From a virus: a stretch of 64,000 nucleotides of DNA. The first letter of the stretch is position 1. Every line of letters begins with the position of its first letter. The stretch lies in IMG/VR virus record IMGVR_UViG_3300025697_000003; one strand, given 5' to 3'. The position numbers were made by a program, and so were the translations under genes. The notes under the pieces were generated by a model. It worked only from the letters and a program-made list of their open reading frames with translations, did not search any database and had not been told where the DNA came from. Shown piece by piece: positions 58,885 to 64,000 of this stretch.

Positions 58885-59963
58885 TGGATAGGAAGGCACT
58901 AACAGTAACCGAGATTGCGGTGAAGGGAGAGGACGGGCATGTAGTTCTCGACCGCGGCGAGATCACGACTCTGTTGAAAGAAGGGAACGTTGCATCGATG
59001 TTCAAGTACGCATTGCATGAACGATCTCTGCCAGAGTCCATAGGAGAGCCGGAGAGGGTGTTTAATGTCGGCGCCCAGGGTGGAGTGCTGTTAGACACGC
59101 GCCCGAAGGCCGAATCGGTAATCTCGTCTTCCTCTCCAGATCGTGACGGTGACGTCATGTGGCAATCAGGCATGGTCATCACGACCAACTACGAGAACAA
59201 CCCGACTGTGTTTGGTCAGCACGATCACGATATCCCGGTGGGATTTACTGAAGTGATCAAGCAATACAGGGATCTAAGTTGGGCTCAGTGGCAATGGCTC
59301 AACGATGTGGAACAGTCGCTAGGGAAAGATTACTACGAGATGTGGGTTAAGCATGTGCTTAACTGCGTCTCTGTTGGCTTCATGATCAACGAGTGGGCGC
59401 CTCTTGACAAAGGCGACATGTGGGGCGGCTGGGACATCAAGGAGTGGGAACTCCTCGAGCATAGTCCAGTCGGACTGCCATCGAACAGAGAAGCGATGCG
59501 AACGGACGGCATGAAGTCGATGTTCCGTGCTTATGCAGAGCAAGTGTCTGAAGGCCCCTCACCGATTCTGAAGCAGATGTTTGAAGAGTTCGAACACGAA
59601 GGAGCACCGTTGTCTGTCCCTGTGAATATCACTCTCACAAACGAGAAGGATCTACGACAGGCGATCAAAGACGGCGTTTCTGACGCATTGAAAGAAGGCG
59701 GAGAAGCAGCGGTGGAAATGACATGCTCTACTAAGGTCGACGGTGATAAAGCACTTGAGACTTTTGAAGAGATTCGAATGGCAGCAGCGGCGGGGGTTCT
59801 TCCAGTCGACAAAGCCTTTGAAATGATTGGAGATCTAGTCGACGGATACAAGGCTGTCATTGTAGAGAAGGATGCTGCGGTGGCGACGGCGGAAGGACAA
59901 ATCCAAGATCTGAAGCAAGAGCTAGTAACGCTCAGTGCTGGGGTCGTGGAGAAATTCGGATAA
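58884..59963 (+). CDS. prohead protease (HK97/S78-like) with C-terminal scaffold-like helical region
   Basis: SSPDRDGDVMWQSGMVITTNYENNPTVFGQHDHDIPVG. Helical Ala/Glu-rich C-terminus. Immediately upstream of the capsid gene. Confidence 0.7.
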   Translation: MDRKALTVTEIAVKGEDGHVVLDRGEITTLLKEGNVASMFKYALHERSLPESIGEPERVFNVGAQGGVLLDTRPKAESVISSSSPDRDGDVMWQSGMVITTNYENNPTVFGQHDHDIPVGFTEVIKQYRDLSWAQWQWLNDVEQSLGKDYYEMWVKHVLNCVSVGFMINEWAPLDKGDMWGGWDIKEWELLEHSPVGLPSNREAMRTDGMKSMFRAYAEQVSEGPSPILKQMFEEFEHEGAPLSVPVNITLTNEKDLRQAIKDGVSDALKEGGEAAVEMTCSTKVDGDKALETFEEIRMAAAAGVLPVDKAFEMIGDLVDGYKAVIVEKDAAVATAEGQIQDLKQELVTLSAGVVEKFG

Positions 59964-59976
59964 CGAGGTGAGCAAC

Positions 59977-61335
59977 ATGGCGCGAGATCTGAGCCAAATG
60001 ACCCCAGAAGAGAAAGAGATGGTCCTGCAAGGGGCTAAGATTCTACTTGCCGGGGGAACAAATGATGCAGAGCCAGAGATTCCTGCTGATGTGCAGAAAT
60101 TTATGGACGATAACAACTATACGATCGAGGCGAAGAAGCCTACGGTCATCGGTGCTGTTGATACTGCTACGGCAGTTCGTAGCACTGAAGAGACCCAGCT
60201 TGACGGCATTGGTCCGCAGATGAAGGCACCTGCAGGCCCAGCGATTATTCACGAATCGACGAAGCGAACAAAGAAGGACTTTTTGATCGTTAATGCAGTC
60301 GGTATCTTGACACAAGGACGGGACTACGAGCATTTCCTAGATTCCGGCCTTGAAATGGACGTGCTGAAGGCACAGAAGGCTTTCAGCCGCGAACCTAGTG
60401 AAGAGATCAGGAAGGAAATCAAGGAACGCGAACAGCAATTGAAAGACCTGAACATCGGGTCTGAAGTTGCCGGCGGATTCTTCATTCCTGAAGAAGTCAA
60501 TACCGAGATGATTAAGAATCTCCGCGGCCAAGAGATTTGGATGAACATGGGCGTCGACTACATGCCTAATTCTCCGAAGTATCAGTCTTGGCCGAAGGAA
60601 GGCGACGATCCTAACATCACGTGGACTGGCGACACGCCTCCGAGCGATATCGAAGACACAGACATGGAGTACGGCGAAGTTACGTTGTCCCTCCATCAGA
60701 TGGCGTGTCTCGTTAAGATTCGTCTCAACTTGCTCAAGTATGCTCGGGACAATGTTGAGAAGAGGGTCAGGAACCAGATTGTACAGTCGATGGCCGTTGA
60801 ACAGACGAAGGTTGGATTGCGCGGAACTGGCGGGAAGCAGCCTTTGGGCTTGTTCAATCTTCCGTCGATGGTTTCGTACACGACTGACCTTGGCTCCGCA
60901 ATCCCGACCTTCAACAACCTGCTCGATCTGCAGAGTGTTGTTCGTGGACGAGATGGTGTCGTTGATGAAACTCGTAGCGCGTGGGTTATGTCTGAAACGT
61001 ACTTGGGCCTGTTCAAGAAATCAAAGACTGGGACAGCGCAGTATGACTACATCGTTGACCTTACTAATATGCCTCCAAACCGTATCCTCGGCTTGCCGGT
61101 ATACACGTCGTCCCAGATTCGAACCGATCTAGGGACTGGATCCGATTCTCGATTGATGTTGGTAGGCGACAAGAACCAGATCATGTTGGCCGATGGCGGA
61201 CAGACTGAAATCACGATTCTCAAGGAACTCTTCGCACGAAAGTTCCAGGTCGGGTTGTTGGCTTCCAGAGAGATCGACTTCGGCGTCCAGCAAGAGAAGC
61301 AACTACAGTTCCTCACGGGCATTAAGGCTTCGTAG
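59977..61335 (+). CDS. major capsid protein (HK97 fold)
   Basis: GAGGTGA RBS. Position after the protease and ~450-aa size. Delta-domain-like helical N-terminus. Confidence 0.75.
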   Translation: MARDLSQMTPEEKEMVLQGAKILLAGGTNDAEPEIPADVQKFMDDNNYTIEAKKPTVIGAVDTATAVRSTEETQLDGIGPQMKAPAGPAIIHESTKRTKKDFLIVNAVGILTQGRDYEHFLDSGLEMDVLKAQKAFSREPSEEIRKEIKEREQQLKDLNIGSEVAGGFFIPEEVNTEMIKNLRGQEIWMNMGVDYMPNSPKYQSWPKEGDDPNITWTGDTPPSDIEDTDMEYGEVTLSLHQMACLVKIRLNLLKYARDNVEKRVRNQIVQSMAVEQTKVGLRGTGGKQPLGLFNLPSMVSYTTDLGSAIPTFNNLLDLQSVVRGRDGVVDETRSAWVMSETYLGLFKKSKTGTAQYDYIVDLTNMPPNRILGLPVYTSSQIRTDLGTGSDSRLMLVGDKNQIMLADGGQTEITILKELFARKFQVGLLASREIDFGVQQEKQLQFLTGIKAS

Positions 61336-61356
61336 GAAAAGGATAGGTGAAACATT

Positions 61357-61977
61357 ATGGGTGTGGACTTTACACGCGATTTCAACAGTAAGTTCTACAT
61401 TGCTCCGATCCTGGCTACTGAAACACGTAACGGGACTGGAACTGAGGCAGATTCTACTGCGAAGCTAGTGTGGGGATGCCGTGGTGGGGCGTTCTTGGTC
61501 GAGATGGGGCTAATTCATGCGGCAGATACAATTTCTCTGACGTTCCAGAAATCCCCAGATAACTCGACTTGGACCGACCTTGTCCCAATCGGATATGCGT
61601 CCGCAGATATCGAGATCACTCAAGCAGCTGGACTTGGTGGAGACAACATTATTGCCTTCTCGACCGACGAGTTGAACGAAGGTGGGTATGTCCGTGTTCA
61701 GTATTCCAGCGAAAATGCTTACTCGGATACCGTTTACGGTGTGAACTTCATCGGCTTCCGTGGTGTCGACCAGCCAGTTCTGAAGAAGTGGCGCGAAGGG
61801 CTGACCTACGTTGTTGACGATGTTGTTCAGAACGACGGGTTCTACTTCAAGTGCATCGTGGCGTTTACGAGAGCGTTGGCCGAATCAGAGGTCACGAACG
61901 ACTCGTTCCTGTCCGAACCTGGAGTAGGGGCATCGACTGGCACGTACTGGGAGATCTACAAGGGCGCGGCTCTCTAG
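61357..61977 (+). CDS. head-associated protein with CBM5/12-like C-terminal motif (decoration candidate)
   Basis: WREGLTYVVDDVVQNDGFYFKCIVAF...TGTYWEIY. Directly downstream of the capsid gene. Confidence 0.5.
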   Translation: MGVDFTRDFNSKFYIAPILATETRNGTGTEADSTAKLVWGCRGGAFLVEMGLIHAADTISLTFQKSPDNSTWTDLVPIGYASADIEITQAAGLGGDNIIAFSTDELNEGGYVRVQYSSENAYSDTVYGVNFIGFRGVDQPVLKKWREGLTYVVDDVVQNDGFYFKCIVAFTRALAESEVTNDSFLSEPGVGASTGTYWEIYKGAAL

Positions 61978-61986
61978 GAGGGCGTA

Positions 61987-62613
61987 ATGGGATGGCCTAC
62001 TGCGAGTGAAATTGGGAGTATGACTCGGGTATCGTTGAAAGAAGTTCCAACGGGTGTCTTCAAGACATCCTACGGATTCAACGTATCCGAGATGATAACG
62101 GGAGTAATCGCAGATATAGCCGCCTATTGTCGTCGGCCTTTTGGCTTCGACCAACAGACATTGACTCAAATCTATGATGGGGGGCGTTACATGCTCATGG
62201 TATCATGCCCCCCAATCATCTCGGTTACTTCGGTGACTGATAACGATTCAGAAGAAGTATTGGACGCATCAGACGACGACTACTGGGTGTACGACCGCTA
62301 CGTTAGGCTCCCAAGGCCCTCAGACGTGGTTAGGATCCAGTTGAAGGACAGAACGCCGCAACTATATACAGTTGTCTATGTGGGCGGCTACGACGATGCA
62401 GGAACACCACTGCCGGCAGATATCAAAGAGGTCTGCGCTGAGATGTGTACGCGGACTCTGCTAAGAGTCGACCAGCAGTATCGTGTGTACGACAACGTTG
62501 ATCAATTTGTTGACGGAGAGACTGAATCAGTCTTTGCGAACAAGGACAAGTTCTTCGCAGATCAGTATGCGAAGCTGGCGAGAAACGGACGAGTAATGAC
62601 GGTGGTGAGGTAA
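61987..62613 (+). CDS. head-tail connector/adaptor protein
   Basis: Called by position in the HK97-type gene order. Confidence 0.5.
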   Translation: MGWPTASEIGSMTRVSLKEVPTGVFKTSYGFNVSEMITGVIADIAAYCRRPFGFDQQTLTQIYDGGRYMLMVSCPPIISVTSVTDNDSEEVLDASDDDYWVYDRYVRLPRPSDVVRIQLKDRTPQLYTVVYVGGYDDAGTPLPADIKEVCAEMCTRTLLRVDQQYRVYDNVDQFVDGETESVFANKDKFFADQYAKLARNGRVMTVVR

Positions 62614-62975
62614 TGGTCGGCGGGAACAAGGAGTTTACCTTCTTCAGTAGGACGACCACTCTGAATGCGGCGAGGGAGAAAGTTGATTCCTACGACATCG
62701 GTGATCCTGACCACGAGAATGTATGGTGCCGGAAGACACAGCGAGTACGGCAGGACAGGAAAGAAGTTACGTGGACGGACTACGCGCAACCGCTGGTAGA
62801 AGAGTTTCTACTGACTGTACCGATTGACGTAATACTAGAGGCGAGAGACTTGGCAAAGCAAGTGGACACAGGACACGACTATTTGATCCTTGGAGTGGAG
62901 AACACTTCAGAGATGAATCGGTCGTATCAATGCCCGATTGTGCGAGTAGCTAATGTAACGAAGGTGGCCGACTAA
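62613..62975 (+). CDS. head closure protein
   Basis: TAATG overlap. Called by position. Confidence 0.45.
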   Translation: MVGGNKEFTFFSRTTTLNAAREKVDSYDIGDPDHENVWCRKTQRVRQDRKEVTWTDYAQPLVEEFLLTVPIDVILEARDLAKQVDTGHDYLILGVENTSEMNRSYQCPIVRVANVTKVAD

Positions 62976-63421
62976 TGGCGCTTCCAAGCAAGGGATATTT
63001 CGGCGGCAGCAAGTACAACGTAGGCGGCAGTGTCGTTCAATTTGACGCTACGCCGTTTACTGCTGTTGTGCTGAGTAATCTCAGCAAGAGGCTTGAGGAG
63101 TGCGGCAAAGTGTGGGTAGAGAGAGCTCAGGACAATTTCACGTTTGTCTATCCTCCTCACTCGATGCCATGGGATTTTCCTCACCATTCAGGGGATGCGA
63201 TGTCGATGGTGAATGCCATTGATTGGACAGTATTTGACAGAGGTGCAGAGATGGTGATGCAGGCTGGGATCATTGACGACAGCTTGCCAGGTAGATTGAA
63301 CATCTACCCGCACATGCTGGAAACGGGGACAGATTTCATGGCCCCGCGTCCGTGGATAACGATCACTACTGATGAAGTATGGATGGACTGGGCAACGATT
63401 CTTACAGGGATGGGATCATAA
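62975..63421 (+). CDS. neck/tail-attachment protein (HK97 gp10-like position)
   Basis: TAATG overlap. Called by position. Confidence 0.45.
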   Translation: MALPSKGYFGGSKYNVGGSVVQFDATPFTAVVLSNLSKRLEECGKVWVERAQDNFTFVYPPHSMPWDFPHHSGDAMSMVNAIDWTVFDRGAEMVMQAGIIDDSLPGRLNIYPHMLETGTDFMAPRPWITITTDEVWMDWATILTGMGS

Positions 63422-63864
63422 TGAATGCAGCATTCTTAGGCCCGTTCACGGTAGCACTGCTGGCCGCTGTTGTCGATGCGGACGTGGAGCGCAATGCGAA
63501 TCTGCTTGCCCTGGTAGACGATGAGTTCATTCTCAGCGCACGCCCGGGGACTGCGGCTAACGAGATGGTCATCTTTGACATTCCGTTCGGCGGGAGATCC
63601 CCAGCGTATGTGCATGGAACAGACGGTGATGCAGTAGGGAATTGGTCAAGGTTCCAAGTGACTGGATTCTCAACGGTGAAGTACACAGCGACACAGATAA
63701 TGGATGCAATCATTCAAGCAATTGATGGCCGAGACATTGTTGTCTCTGATTCCTGGGCGACGGTTAGGTTGATGCAGGTGTTGGCTCCGCAAAGCATTCC
63801 AGAAGTAGTTGCGAAACAAATGATGCACGGAGTCTTCGCACGGTACGAAGTCCTGTTCTGTTAG
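63421..63864 (+). CDS. tail completion/terminator protein
   Basis: TAATG overlap. Called by position directly before the major tail gene. Confidence 0.45.
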   Translation: MNAAFLGPFTVALLAAVVDADVERNANLLALVDDEFILSARPGTAANEMVIFDIPFGGRSPAYVHGTDGDAVGNWSRFQVTGFSTVKYTATQIMDAIIQAIDGRDIVVSDSWATVRLMQVLAPQSIPEVVAKQMMHGVFARYEVLFC

Positions 63865-63873
63865 GAGGACAAT

Positions 63874-64000
63874 ATGGCTCTAAGCCAAGGCTATAACGCG
63901 ATATTCGTTTGGGACACAGATCATGTGCTCCAGACGAATGCAGACATTACGATGGACGTCTCCAGGGCGACGATCGATGTGACGACTCATGGAAGCGCGA
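63874..64000 (+). CDS. major tail protein (3' end outside window)
   Basis: TAGGAGGA RBS. MALSQGYNAIFVWDTDHVLQTNADITMDVSRATIDVTTHGSA resembles the N-terminus of TP901-1/phi13-type tail tube proteins. Confidence 0.55.
   Translation, partial: MALSQGYNAIFVWDTDHVLQTNADITMDVSRATIDVTTHGSA

Overview
The window reads as most of a tailed dsDNA phage genome with an HK97-type head module and a long-tail layout. I saw no obvious host chromosomal genes. The left edge cuts inside the tape-measure gene and the right edge cuts inside the major tail gene, so both ends belong to one tail module. Order of content: (1) tape measure, then tail-tip and fibre genes interrupted by a nucleotide-sugar modification cluster (hexapeptide acetyltransferase, DegT aminotransferase, Gfo/Idh/MocA oxidoreductase, GT-B glycosyltransferase); (2) a cluster of membrane, secreted and lipoprotein genes; (3) recombination genes (SWIM/Cas4-like exonuclease plus RecT) and lambda O/P-like replication genes with iterons inside the initiator gene; (4) many small translationally coupled ORFs; (5) a ~9 kb mostly minus-strand module that looks partly GC-richer by eye, holding an XRE repressor, a repeat-containing HNH, a short tyrosine recombinase, a beta sliding clamp, a proteasome/HslV-like Thr protease, an IS1595 transposase remnant and a Zn-ribbon/RHH regulator; (6) an iteron-rich non-coding region; (7) a ThyX-like gene plus dCTP deaminase; (8) small ORFs including a Gly-Ser-Tyr microsatellite protein and Lar; (9) RHH/HNH/large terminase, more small ORFs and another HNH; (10) a promoter-plus-terminator leader followed by the head module (portal, prohead protease, major capsid, connectors). 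No tRNA, CRISPR array, reverse transcriptase, DNA polymerase, helicase, primase or recognisable endolysin was seen. All calls rest on by-eye motif recognition in the supplied translations, Shine-Dalgarno spacing (GGAGG/GAGGTG) and start/stop overlaps. No similarity searches, RNA folding or statistics were run.
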